Source: Octopus vulgaris (Eukaryota). From it: a DNA stretch of 64,000 bases. The notes beneath the pieces are model-generated. The model saw nothing but the letters and a program-made list of their open reading frames with translations, ran no database searches and was not told where the DNA came from. Position numbers and translations under genes: made by a program. Each line of letters starts with the position of its first letter. Position 1 is the first letter of the stretch. Location: positions 80,352,001-80,416,000 of the forward strand of contig OX597816.1 in NCBI GenBank assembly GCA_951406725.2, in the 5' to 3' direction. Shown here one piece after another: positions 42,937 through 56,236 of the stretch.

Positions 42937-43055
42937 CATGGCAGTAATACTGATACAGTGTTTACAATATTCTAAATATTCGATAAAATCCTCTTCGAGA
43001 TTTAATAGCTTTTACGAGAATCGATTTCGCGATTGAAAATGTACTGGGACACGAT
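42937..43055 (-). other. Candidate 5' UTR exon ending in the start codon
   Basis: ACTGCCATG|gtaagt: consensus donor, Kozak-like GCC ATG G after splicing; all three upstream frames contain stops. Confidence 0.5.
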
Positions 43056-43938
43056 CTGTTGAAATTTGGTTACTTTGCTAGAAGCCTACCGACCTAACCA
43101 ATGGATTTCACCACTCATACCTTCGTGCGCAGTAATATTCTTCATATTTTTCCAACTGATTCTATAGCACGATGTTTATAGCTCTCAATATTTGGATCAG
43201 CAATTATTAAAAAAAGAGAAAATAAGGAAAGAGAATTCGGAAGAGTTGATTGCTACACGTTTAAGTAGGAAGAGAACAAGCGGATTCATCAGCAATAGCC
43301 TCCTTCTGGTGTTTAAATAACAGAGACAACAAAATAATAATAATAATAATAATATTAACCAAGATAGAAAAAGTGGAAGGAAAAAAAGAAGACCGAAGAC
43401 TATTATTAATCCTCATTTCATTAAATTTAATTCGGAAATCGATTAGAAAAATCAATAGAGTTCCTTTGAGAGAAAAAAACACCGAGGTCTACACCAACAC
43501 TTAAAATTAATAAAGCATATTTAGCTTCAATATCCTACATTTCATAAAAGCTGAACATCCTCACAAGTAAGGCTAATTAAAAAGAAAGAAATAAAATACG
43601 CCGGGATGAAATATTTTTCTGTTTTCGTTTACATCTTTATTTTATGTTTTCGACAACAAAAACTGTTTGAAATTTCTCTGCTGTTGAGAAATCAACTTTC
43701 TGCGAAACTTTCGAAATGAAAAGTTGCTAACGGGATGTTGGTGTGGGGAAAGGGAAGTTTTAAGTACAACACTGAAAAAATATAGAGGTGCAGTCTCTTC
43801 ATTTTGTACTCTAACAATAGTCTAAAATCTCAGATTTCTACTTGATATGATACGTTTACTCTCCTTCTTCCTATCTCCACTCTTTCTCTTTTCCCTCCTA
43901 ATGCACAAACACTACAACAAGCATATCCACTAAGCATA

Positions 43939-43983
<45 letters not shown>

Positions 43984-44022
43984 CATATATATGTACACAC
44001 ACATACACATATAGGTAAATAA

Positions 44023-44075
<53 letters not shown>

Positions 44076-46359
44076 GCACATGTGTGTGTGTGTGAATGCA
44101 TATATAAAGTGTAGGGCATATGCGCATTGTACTTGACGTACATAAAGAAGGAGAATGTGTGTATTAACGAATTGCTGTATCAAATTGAAATGACATTGAT
44201 TGTTAAGGAATCTAGAGAATGAGATTCCGCTAGTGTAGTTTTCACCCAATATGTAAATGTCATCCTTGTTCCCATAACCTCTCGAGGAAAGACAAACATG
44301 ATACAGGCTATATATTCGGTAATACTCATAACTATATACTTTAGCACTGAACGTTCTTGCGATTAAATATCCTCCCTTCTATCGTATCTACAAATTAGGA
44401 CCATACCGTAGGGTGAAATTAGCGCCAGCTTTTACACTAGAAATCAGCCCTTCGAGACTAGCTTTTGATGAACAAGGGAGTTTTATATTGCTGCCCTCCT
44501 TGTTCTTTCTTACCGTGATGTTGGTTCATTTTGAACCTTGGAAAGCAGAATGTCAAAGTGCTTCATGAAAACATCTACCTCACTCTAGGTAGATCTCAGA
44601 TTGATTCCCAAACCTAAATATCAAATAGCTATGGGCCTTTGAATCACAAGCGACTACAGTATCTGGTCCTTACTAAAGACGAGATAGGTGGGATCTTTTC
44701 AACAGTGCAGTACCATCTTATTCGATGCCTAAGTCTGGTTCTAACCAGCCCCTCTAACAACTTCCATGTGTATGTCACTGCATATTTCTCCCGTCTTTGA
44801 CCTGGTCGTAAATGTTTAATCTCTTTTCTTATCTATATTCTTTATTTTCTGAAACGGTAATTCTGTGAATTGCTAAATCACTATTACACACACACACATT
44901 AATACGTATAATATACACTTGAGACCGGTCATGGCTTGTTTACCCGAAACCGTGCTTTCGCTAATTATTCTATCGAAAGTATGCTACAGGTTAGCAAGTC
45001 TGTGCACGCATACGTACACTCAAATTCATAAATACACGCGGAAACATGCACACGAATGGATACATAGACAAATATATATATATGTGTGTGTGTGTGTGAG
45101 TGTGTGTGCATGCATATATTTTATGTCTGTGTATGTATGTGTATACATTGTTACACATGCCCTAATAAACACACACATCCATTCATACATATGTGTGTGC
45201 GAGTGTGTGTGAGCGCTTGTGCTCGTACGGAATATTCTCCAAGCGCAAAATATCGATATACCGTTCACTACTCTTTGCAAATTTTAATGATCGATTGCTT
45301 ATTTTAAAACTTCTCCACTGATCACTAACCGGTAAGAACGTCTCCTCAGTATCGACGCATTAGCTATCAAATTCTTGTCCATAATGTTCCGCCATCAACA
45401 AACCAGACGCTATTATGGGAAGTTGAATCTAAACTGTCGGATGGATTTATATGCACTTTACTTAAGAATATATCTGAAGTTATAAAATCTTTTAAGTAAC
45501 TTCTGTTTTCTTGTTTTCACTTTGTAAATCTTACTTGTAGCATTAAGTAATAATCCTTCCTTACATTTATCTATCTATCAGAGATAGAGACTTATTTGCA
45601 CTCATATTTGTCCGTCTCTACACAACTCATCTGCGCACACTTTCAGAAGCCTCTTTTATCTTTTGCACTTTAGTATAACATTTTGATATTTATAATCTTT
45701 TCCAGAAAAAGAAGTGGTGTTGGGAGGGAGAATATAAATAGGAAAAGTAATGTAATGTTACTCACTCTCTTTCTCTCTCACACACACATACGCATACACG
45801 CACATATACATATAGTGCTTTATTTCGAGGACATTTTAAAGTAGTCGTTTAAAGATTATAGTTCTGTTTTCTCTCAGGATTCAAACCCAAAACAAGAATG
45901 TGACGAGGAGTAGGAGATTGAAATGTGAGTGTGAAGTGAAAGAAGAAAAGTGAGTGGGGAGGACGGCTGCTTACTGGAGGGAGGAACTCTCCGAATTTGA
46001 AGATAAAATTCGGATGAAGGAGACCGACATTGATTGTGTATTTCAGTGTATGTGCACGTATGTAAGTGCACGTGTGTCTCAATTTGTGTGAATGTAAAAT
46101 AGACATATTACGGCAATATATTTGTATACATATATAGATATACGGGCAACTAAACACGCACAAATTACACGTGTATCTGTTAAAATATGTGTGATGTGTA
46201 TATGTATATATCTATGTATACGTGTGTAAGTATATGTATTTATGTGTATATATATATACTCACACATATAGATACATATACACACACACACATATACATA
46301 CATATACACATACACACATCACACACATATATTAACAGATACACGTGTAATTTGTGTGT

Positions 46360-46404
<45 letters not shown>

Positions 46405-46559
46405 TATACATATACATATACATATATATACATGTATTTATAAACGTCGTTCGCTTGCGTATGTGTGTGTGTGTGTGTGTGTATGTATGCCAAGCATTTA
46501 ACTATCCCTTTGCACATAAAAGTATGATTCTCTGGGTGTCTTTATCTCTATAAACTCGT

Positions 46560-47090
46560 GTCTGTAACTTAGTATTGATAGAGGTAACATGTAGTTCTAT
46601 CAGCTTCAGATGCCTTTATCACACTAATTACATCATTATACCAATTAAGAAGTTCTAAGGCTATTTCTAAATCTGTTGCGTCTCTATTGTGTCTAACGAA
46701 GTCTAATTGTCTTACATCAGTTAATACCGTAACAAGATCCACATCCATCAACTTATAAATGAGTAATATTAAATCTCACATAATACATCATGGCTGACTA
46801 GTTTACAGCGGATTGCCTAAATCGATAGAATACAGTATACAATGTGCCCAAAGTTCAGTGGTTCTTGCACTTTCACTGGAAGCTCTATGTTAGTAACTAG
46901 AAAACAGTTATTTCTATCTTCATTCACCTCACTCAGTACAGGTATTGAATTATGGTCAGACCACGACAGATGCAAGAGCAGCACATTAGATGTAGTCGCT
47001 GAAGAAGCGGGGAAATTCCTTTCGAATAGTTTAGAAGCAGTTCTGGGGCGGAGTGACGGTGAGCTTCTGCCTTTGTTGTACAGAAAAGAT
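46560..47090 (-). mobile_element. Possible decayed hAT-family transposase fragment
   Basis: ATTSNV..LHLSWSDHNSIPVLSEV resembles D..N / CxxH..N.V; DLEIALELLNWYNDVISVIKASEADRTT resembles the hAT L..F......LE...PT region; stops present. Confidence 0.35.
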
Positions 47091-47354
47091 TAACGCCATA
47101 TCATTGTAAGTCAAACGAATTAGATGATTTTCACTTTCATGAACAGAGGCATTCTATAAGTGTGAAAGTAGATGTTAACAGATCAATCTTAGAAAGAAAC
47201 TAACTAAACAATTTTTTTTCCTGATTTGCACGCAGAAGCAACCTAAAGCTATACCATCAATTCCTGAATTGTTAAAATGGCCTCGCAGCGTAAAGACACG
47301 AAACCTTATGTCCATTATGTTGTATCCATTTACAAATAAATGAAATAAATGTTA

Positions 47355-48426
47355 AGGAAACATATTTGGCTCCATCAGAAATCCATGGAGATATGGTGAG
47401 AACCTTATCAGACAATGCTCCATCATATGCAACAGTCAAACGATGGGTAAATGAATTCCAGTGTGGTAGGGAGAGTGTGGAAGATGATCCCACACCAGGG
47501 AGACCTCAAACTGCAACCACTGAGGACAACATTGATCTTGCTCTTGGTATAATAAACCAAATTCGTCGAATATCATGTCATCAGACAGCCGAGAGACCGG
47601 GCATCTCAACTGAAAGACCAGACAACATTGTGACAAAAGAATTTGGGTTCTCAAAGGTTTCTACAAGGTGGGTCCCTCGCCTTTTGACTCCTGAACAGAA
47701 ACACACCAGGTGCACTTTGTCTACGAGCAATCTGGAGCTGCTTGAAGCCGATGAAGAGAATTTTCTTGCTCGTTTCATTACTATGAACGAAAGTTGGGTT
47801 CATCACTAGCAGCCTGAAAACAAAGAACAATCAAAGCAGTGGAAGCACGTATCTTTTCCTACCCCAAAGAAGGCCAGGGTCATTCTTTCCTCTGGCATGG
47901 TCATGGCGTCAGTTTTTAGGATTCGCAAGGTGTCTTGCTGATCGATTACCTTGAAAAGGGTTGCAACGTGACAGGGCTGTATTATTCTCAGCTATTGAAA
48001 TGCCTCCGAGAAGCAATCAAAGAATAAAAGTCGGAAATGCTCACCAGATGTGTCCTTTTTCATCACGACAATGCTCCAGCCCACACCTCAGTGGTTGACA
48101 TGGCAACAATTCGTGATTGTGGATAGGAACTTGTCCCACAACTGCCTTATTGGCCAGACTATACCCCCTCTGACTTTCATCTATTCCCCAAAATGAAAAA
48201 AGCCCTGTCTGGTCGCCATTTTGCCATTGAAAATAAGGTCATAGACGCTGTAGGACGTTTCTTGGAGTCCCAAACAAAAGAGTTCTTCTACGCCGGGATA
48301 ATCACGCTTCAGCACCGCTGGAGAAAGTGTTCAGCCATTGAGGGTAACTATGTTGAAAATAAATCATCAGAAGTCTTGTACTGTTTTGTTTATTTGAGGC
48401 TTAAGACTTTTCATACACCACTCGTG
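47355..48426 (+). mobile_element. Mariner DD34D transposon, 5'-truncated pseudogene
   Basis: APSYATVKRWVNEF..GRP, WVPRLLT, ITMNESW (first D mutated to N), HDNAPAH then 34 residues to TPSDFHLFPK; stops and frameshifts; TIR-like end ACTTTTCATACACCACTCGTG next to TA tract. Confidence 0.92.
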
Positions 48427-48430
48427 TGTA

Positions 48431-48468
<38 letters not shown>

Positions 48469-48469
48469 A

Positions 48470-48501
<32 letters not shown>

Positions 48502-48505
48502 ACAA

Positions 48506-48537
<32 letters not shown>

Positions 48538-48541
48538 ACAA

Positions 48542-48580
<39 letters not shown>

Positions 48581-48593
48581 CACACACACATAC

Positions 48594-48624
<31 letters not shown>

Positions 48625-49094
48625 CAAATTGAGATAGGGGTTGTAAATGCAACCCTCCATGGGATAACATATATCCAATATACTGCTAGTGAAGTACCCA
48701 ACAAAGTTAATACATAAATGTTAAGAATTGCGATGAAATTAATTCATTTACTGTATTATAAGGGCAAAGGTCAAATGTTTTACCACAAATTCATAATACA
48801 AAATAAGAAAATGGAGAAATACATCCAAATCAAATATCAACTACCAGATAATACCCAATCACATACTTTATTAAACCACTACATAAGAAACTTTAAGGTC
48901 AAACATAATAATATAGAACAAAACAGTGTACATAAAGGAGTGTACATAAAGGAGTAATATGATACAATAAGTACAATATGTACAAGAGAATATAAATATA
49001 AATAAATATAAATATAAACTACATCTTACAGCTGTTTCGGCCATGCAGATGAGTATGTCTCATTTTACTTATATTAGCCATTTGTGATAGGTCA

Positions 49095-49168
<74 letters not shown>

Positions 49169-49237
49169 AGATATATATATATGTACAGATATAAATATAT
49201 ATATACATATATATATATGTATATATATATATATATG

Positions 49238-49285
<48 letters not shown>

Positions 49286-49369
49286 AATATATGTGTGTTT
49301 TTGTCTGTGTAAATATATATGTATAAATATGGTGGTTTAATAAAGTATGTGATTGGGTATTATCTGGTA

Positions 49370-50193
49370 TGCGATTGACTCTATATCAAATAGCCAACGA
49401 AATTAGTATATCCCATGAGAGAGTTGAAAATAGTTTGCACAAAGAAATTGGAGGTGAATGCCACGAATTCTAATACCTGATCAAAAGCACATTAGGTAGA
49501 TTAGCAGAACCAACTGGTTTCCTAGAACATTTCTTAACCCAGGATGAGTGTTGGCATCATCACTTTGAGCGGGAGACATACACGCAATCTATGCAGTGGT
49601 AACATTCCTCCTCACCTACTCTAAAGAAAGCCAAGGACGTTTCATCAGCAGGAAATGTGATGGCATCAGCTTTTTGGAATGTAGAAGGCATTGTATTGTT
49701 TATTGACTATCTTCAAAAGGGCCACACCATCAATGAAGAGCACTATGCCAAATTACTGCGGCAGTTACGAAAATCCATCATGACCAAACGCCCAGGAAAC
49801 TTGACAAAAGGGATCTTCTTTCGTCAGACCATTATTCCAGCGCACGTCTTTGGTTTCAGTGGTTGCTGTGCGTGACTGCGGCTTTGAACTGGTTGATCAC
49901 TCTCCCTATTCTCTTGATTTGGCTCCATCAGACTAGCCTCTGTTTTCCAACTTGGAAAAATACTTGGCTGGTACTAATGTCGCACTCATGATGTCGTCAT
50001 ATCTGCTGTTGATGATTTTCTTTTTTTTACCAACAAGATCAAAGTTTCTTCAGCAATGGGATCCAAGCACTGCAACACCGACATAAGACTGTGTAGACGG
50101 TAAAGGGTACTATATTGGAAAATAAATCTCATTTGATCCCATGTCAGGAGAGTAGCTTGTTCAGCCTATGAATATTTTCAGCCGACCCTCGTA
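49370..50193 (+). mobile_element. Second, more decayed mariner transposon
   Basis: FLTQDECWHHH, VMASAFWNVEGI, IDYLQKGHTIN, HSPYSLDLAPSD; TIR-like end TTTTCAGCCGACCCTCGTA. Confidence 0.85.
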
Positions 50194-50530
50194 TTATACA
50201 AGAAAGCTTTTAATTTAGTGTTAATTCTGTACAAGTTTGGGATATAATAGCTATCCAATAATCTGAACTAAACAATATATTTTCTTTTCACTGAGTTTTT
50301 TTCATCTTATACTCGTAAGGAATTTTATCTCGCATTATTTACATATAATGCATACATACAAACACTTTCAAATACATACATCAAAATTTAACTTGTGTTA
50401 GTCGAACTAACAAGATTATAATGCATCTAATCTGTGAGTTTGTTGCGTGATATGTATGTGTTTGTGTGTTCAAGACCTAATTTGTGAGTTTGTTGTGCAA
50501 CATAGATAGATAGATAGGTAGGTAGATAGG

Positions 50531-50564
<34 letters not shown>

Positions 50565-51942
50565 CATACATACATACATACATACATACATACATACATA
50601 CATACATACATACATACATACATACACACACATACATACATACATACACATATACATACATACATACATACTTACAAGCACGTGCACACAGATATATGCA
50701 TTAAAAAATTACACAGAAAAATCAAAGCTACTAAATGATATCACGTTCATAAGGTTGTTCATCAGGAGTTCCAAATATCAAATGATATATGCAAAATTCA
50801 AGCGATATTTTACAAAACACACTCTACTGTTATCAGGAAGGACTTCCTAATGATTTCGTATTTAATTATGACATGACATCATACGCATGTAGATATATTT
50901 GTCTTGCCGTCAGCTAATACTAGACAAGGCTTGTTGCTTGAACCGAACTCACGAACCGGAAGCCACGAGTCTATAACATCATTCACTGTTATATGAACAA
51001 TTCGTTATCGAACTTTTATGATATGATCAATAACAATGAAAACAGAAATATATTTCTAAACGTTTTTGTTGTATAGAAGAAAGAATATAGATAAAATAGT
51101 TGCCCAAACGAATGATTTCGCAAAACCATATTGTCTTACACTCATACACACTCATACATGCGCTTATTCACACATGTACGTATATTTACACTCTGAAACA
51201 CACACATTCACATACATGTTGATATATGCATTCGCAAATAACAGGAAATATATAGACATATGCAAATATAGAACTGTATATGGAAATATATATTTGCGGT
51301 TGTCTGTGTGCACGCGCAAATATGAACACAAAGTGAGAAGGAGAGAGAGGGACAAAGACAAACAGGTGGAAAATTAGACAGCTAAATACAGAAATAGGTA
51401 TAGATGTAAATATCTGTATGAAAACACATACATGTACACATATTAGTGGCTATATGACAATGTGTGTGTGTGTTTTTGTATGTGTGTGTGCATAAGTACC
51501 TTTGTTAATACATGCACACACACACACATGATTGTGAGTGTTTTTGCGTCTATGTACGCGCTTCTGTGTATGATACGCGAGCATGTACTTAAGTGAGTTT
51601 ATGAGTTTAGATCATCTCCAAAATGTAATATTTATAGTTTAGGAAAGCCTTTGATAACTTTGTGACTGTAGCGTTGTACTATAAATATTAACTGCAAATC
51701 TGTTTCTATAAAGTGGAACAGAAGTAATAATATGCAATCTGTATTGATAGTTTCAGCAGAAGGTCATTTCTGGAATAGTATGTTATAATTTCCCGGGTGA
51801 TTATCTGTCAAAGCGTATGTTTAGACAATCTAGTTTTCCGAAACAAGGTCAAAGCAAAAATGTCATATAGTTACACCGCATTGATGCGCTCACACACGCA
51901 TGCTCGCACATACTTACGTACACACACGTGTATATATATATA

Positions 51943-51992
<50 letters not shown>

Positions 51993-53264
51993 TACATGCA
52001 TACATATACACACCTGTTTATATATATATATATTTATATAGTGTGAAGTGAAATCGTTCAGAGGGGCAAACAGCATGAATGTGAATGATTAAGTTACAGG
52101 GTGATGTACTGAATGCCGTATGCAATAAACTATTACATTATTGAAAGTAATCTTTAAATTTGGGAAAGAAAACAACATACATTTCAAGATAAGCTATGTT
52201 CCCGCCCCATTGAAATCTATTCGATGAAACTTTAGGGGTGGGGGGAAGTGAATGGTTGTAAATGTGTTATTAGCCAGAAAGATATATAACTTTTACGTAG
52301 AGAGATAAGCAAATAGGTAATTTAGGATAAAAAAAGAAAGAATAGAATTATAGTAGACCAGAATTGTATTGCTTTATGTACTCCGCTGTACAATGTATAA
52401 TTGATTCATTGAAGTCTGGAAAGTATAATGTAACATTATATCTATTGGATAGTCTTATAGTGAATTACCAAATAATTTATGATAAGAACTGTATCCTGCT
52501 TACAGCTAGTTATAGCGAAATTACACTCACTCACGACCTTTCCACATCCTTTTTGCTACTTTGCTTCTCAAATTTCCATCCCACCACACGCACAAAACGC
52601 ACACACAAACACACACCATAAACTAAAATAAAGTGTGCATTTACTTATTAACTATGTTTTCATCATCAAAAATGGTTAGAATAGGTATAAATACAATGAT
52701 TATGAAATAATATTAGGTGTTTATGGTCGAGCAAACATTTGAGATATATCTGGACCATTTTGATCTACAGAATTATAGTTTCCATCTACAAGACAATGTT
52801 TTCTCCAATTCTGTATAGTGAAATAGTACACGGCTTGCCGGCGTTTACTTTATAGGCATAGCGTTAAATATAGAGATTGGAAAAATATTAGGAGATTAAC
52901 TAACATTATTCTCTGAAGAAAGAAAGAGCCGAATAAATAAACATTTGTAAGACTTGCAACAAATGAACTTTAAGTTCAATTATACTGTAGTCGTTGGTTA
53001 TTCATGAGTGTTTTTGTGGCAGGTAATTAGATCCATGTACGTCAGTGTGCCTCGGTTTCGGTAAGGTATCTAATCTTCAATGAAATATAAGCTAGACATT
53101 CATCATTGAGGGCCGACTATATAATCATATAGCTACTACTACTACTACTACAAGATACAAGAATATGTTACAAGAAAGATTCTTGAGGTTTCACGAGACC
53201 TGTTGTCACCAAATCTTTGGATAACATACATGCTAATTTAATTAGTATGCAATAACATCTGTAT

Positions 53265-53416
53265 AATAATAATAATGATAAGAAGAAGGAGGAGGAGCAT
53301 AGGGAGAAGGAGAAGAAGAAGAAGAAGAAGGAGGAGAGGAGCCGAGGGAGGAGGAGGGGAAGAAGGAGAAGAAGAAGAAGAAGAAGGAGAAGAAGAAAAA
53401 GAAGAAGAAGAAGAAG
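53265..53416. repeat. (AGA)/(GGA) trinucleotide microsatellite
   Basis: Directly visible. Confidence 0.9.
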
Positions 53417-53543
53417 GTTGTCTTGGTTATTTATTTTGTTCAATCGCACTGCACTATTAGCTTATTAAAACAAGATACAAATTCTTTATGTGTTTTAGGG
53501 AAAAGAAAGGTTATATCTATATCTATCTACCTACCTCTCTCTT

Positions 53544-53588
<45 letters not shown>

Positions 53589-53831
53589 GACAAACAAGAA
53601 TGAAAATGCTACTTTCTTAAAATTGGGTGTGTTTTAATTTACATGCTTCGGTTTTTTGTTTTGAAAAAAACTTATCAAAAATAAATATAAAATATGTGTA
53701 AAGAAAAGAGAACTATTAATTAAATAAAATTAAAATTAAAATTAAGAATAACATTCATAGTTTACTGTCCTTTCTTCTTGCAGGAGCACATGGTCCATTC
53801 GTTCTGGAGGCATGGGAAGTTCAATTCATAT

Positions 53832-53876
<45 letters not shown>

Positions 53877-53885
<9 letters not shown>

Positions 53886-54002
53886 GAAGGAGCTTCTACA
53901 GGACTAGAACTGTTTCATTCAAGAGAAATCTTCAGGAAGCTTCCTGTAGATTTCTCTTGAATGAAACAGTTCTAGTCCTGTAGAAGCTCCTTCTATATAA
54001 TA
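53877..54002. repeat. 126-bp loopless palindrome with one mismatch
   Basis: 63-bp arms centred on AAG|CTT (53939/53940); only mismatch T53932/T53947. Confidence 0.95.
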
Positions 54003-54075
54003 AATTAATTTTACTCTGCTATGCATTGAGTACCTTATTTACTGTGGTTAACCCCGAATCAACCCGGGACCTACA

Positions 54076-54104
<29 letters not shown>

Positions 54105-54106
<2 letters not shown>

Positions 54107-54319
54107 CTACTCTTTTACTTGTTTCAGTCCTTTGACTGCGGCCATGCTGGAGCACCGCCTTTAATCGAGCAACTCGACCCCGGGACTTATTCTTTGTAAA
54201 CCCAGTACTTATTCTATCGGTCTCTTTTGCCGAACCGCTAAGTAACGGAGACATAAACACACCAGCATCGGTTGTCAAGCAATGCTAGGGGGACAAACAC
54301 AGACACACAAACATGCACG

Positions 54320-54320
<1 letters not shown>
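54105..54320 (-). mobile_element. Distal half of the composite SINE family seen at 40062-40512
   Basis: TTGTTTCAGTCCTTTGACTGCGGCCATGCTGGAGCACCGCC..ATCGGTTGTCA..ACAAACACAGACAC aligns with 40062-40260. Confidence 0.7.
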
Positions 54321-54389
<69 letters not shown>

Positions 54390-54607
54390 GAGGGCATTAT
54401 TATACATACATGCCACACGCTAAGAGGGACAAAATTAGTCATTTCTACAAAAAATTTTACTAATCCCACCGAATGCAATTTTTCAAAGTAAGACATTTAA
54501 AAATATGGACTTGTATCACCTGTGATTTCATACCTCTGTATTCATCAGCAAGTCTACCCGATAATTTCTTGTTAAGTTTTCCTTATTAAGAAGTTGTCCT
54601 TAATTGC

Positions 54608-54690
<83 letters not shown>

Positions 54691-55519
54691 GTGTATTTCT
54701 ATATATATACACTAGTAGGTGAACAAACGAAAGAAATGGGTACTCGACACATTTAGTAGGAGTTACATAACCATAACACCATATGGCCTTCCGGTACCCG
54801 TTAGGGACCGAATCAAACTATTTTAAATAATACACACACATATACACACTCTCCCTCACACACACACACACACACATATACATACATACGCACGCACGTA
54901 CGTAAATTAAAGACACGATATTGTGAAAGCTCTAATGCTAATACTATAAATATTTTGTGTGTGTGGATCTTCCAACACAACGTATATAGAAAGTAGGACT
55001 GGTACTTTACAGAGAGCTTACAGTTGCCCAAGAATGAATAATTCCCTCTTATTTCTCTCCTCAATTTAGAGTGTAAACTGATTTATGAAGCCCTGGCAAG
55101 AAAAATATCAATATCCAAGCAGTGAAGGAAGCCATATACATACCAGTGCACAAAGTATGTGAATCTGAACCCTTAAGTTACCTTGAGCAGGCCCAAATAA
55201 TTTGGAATAAAGAGGAAGAAAAGATAGCGAAGCGCTCGATTGAACTGTCAAATACATCTGGATCAGTTACTTAAGTACTAATACACAAAGTGTTGTTTTG
55301 TTTTGCTTCTTTTTTTTTTAATTTTTTATTTCAAGATGTCTGAACATCTAATGTGGTATATATCATGAGCATTGATGCGGTTTACCACCGTTGAAGCTCT
55401 TGTGAACTCAAATCTATAGAAGATGGAGCAATATTATGGGACAACTAAATGCTACTACTTATACGATATATCACCGTTTATTGTGTATAAAATAGCATTA
55501 TAAAAATAACAGAATGTAT

Positions 55520-55750
55520 TAATATTTGTTGATTCTGAAAAGCGTCAGACAAAATACTCAGCTGTATTAAGTTACAAGTTACGTTTTGAATTCTGGAGTC
55601 GACTTTGCCTTTTATGCATTCTGTAGTGTATAAAATAATCACCAAACAATTACTGGGATCGATAGGAATCAACTACACACAGCTCCCACCACTTCCCCTT
55701 CCTTTAAAATGGGCTGATCTCTTGCCTGTAGTAGAGAACAGTATTATAAT
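55520..55750 (+). mobile_element. Decayed Nin-like SINE
   Basis: GTCGACTTTGCCTTTTATGCATTCTGTAGTGTATAAAATAATCACC. Confidence 0.5.
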
Positions 55751-56041
55751 ATCAGATGAGTGGGCGTGGAGATTAAATTGTCGGCATATAAAGAAAAAAC
55801 CTGAAGCAAAAATGTGGATATAATTCTTTTGTGTTCACTTTTCTTTTACATTTATTTTCTGCAAATAATCAAATAAATGGTAACAGTGAGTATGATAAAG
55901 TAGATGATAACTTTATGCGGAAACCGGATATATGAATATGAGCAGATTTGGAACCAAATATAGTCAAATGAATTTCATCCGCCACATACACTTACGTACA
56001 AACAATCATATACATATCCAACTATAAATAAATACATACTC

Positions 56042-56150
<109 letters not shown>

Positions 56151-56180
56151 TAGACAACATATACATAGATATACATACAC

Positions 56181-56236
<56 letters not shown>

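Noticed and set aside
43690-43765. IRF/NF-kB-like motifs (GAAATGAAA, GGGAAGTTTT)
   Set aside because: Short partial matches expected by chance in AT-rich DNA
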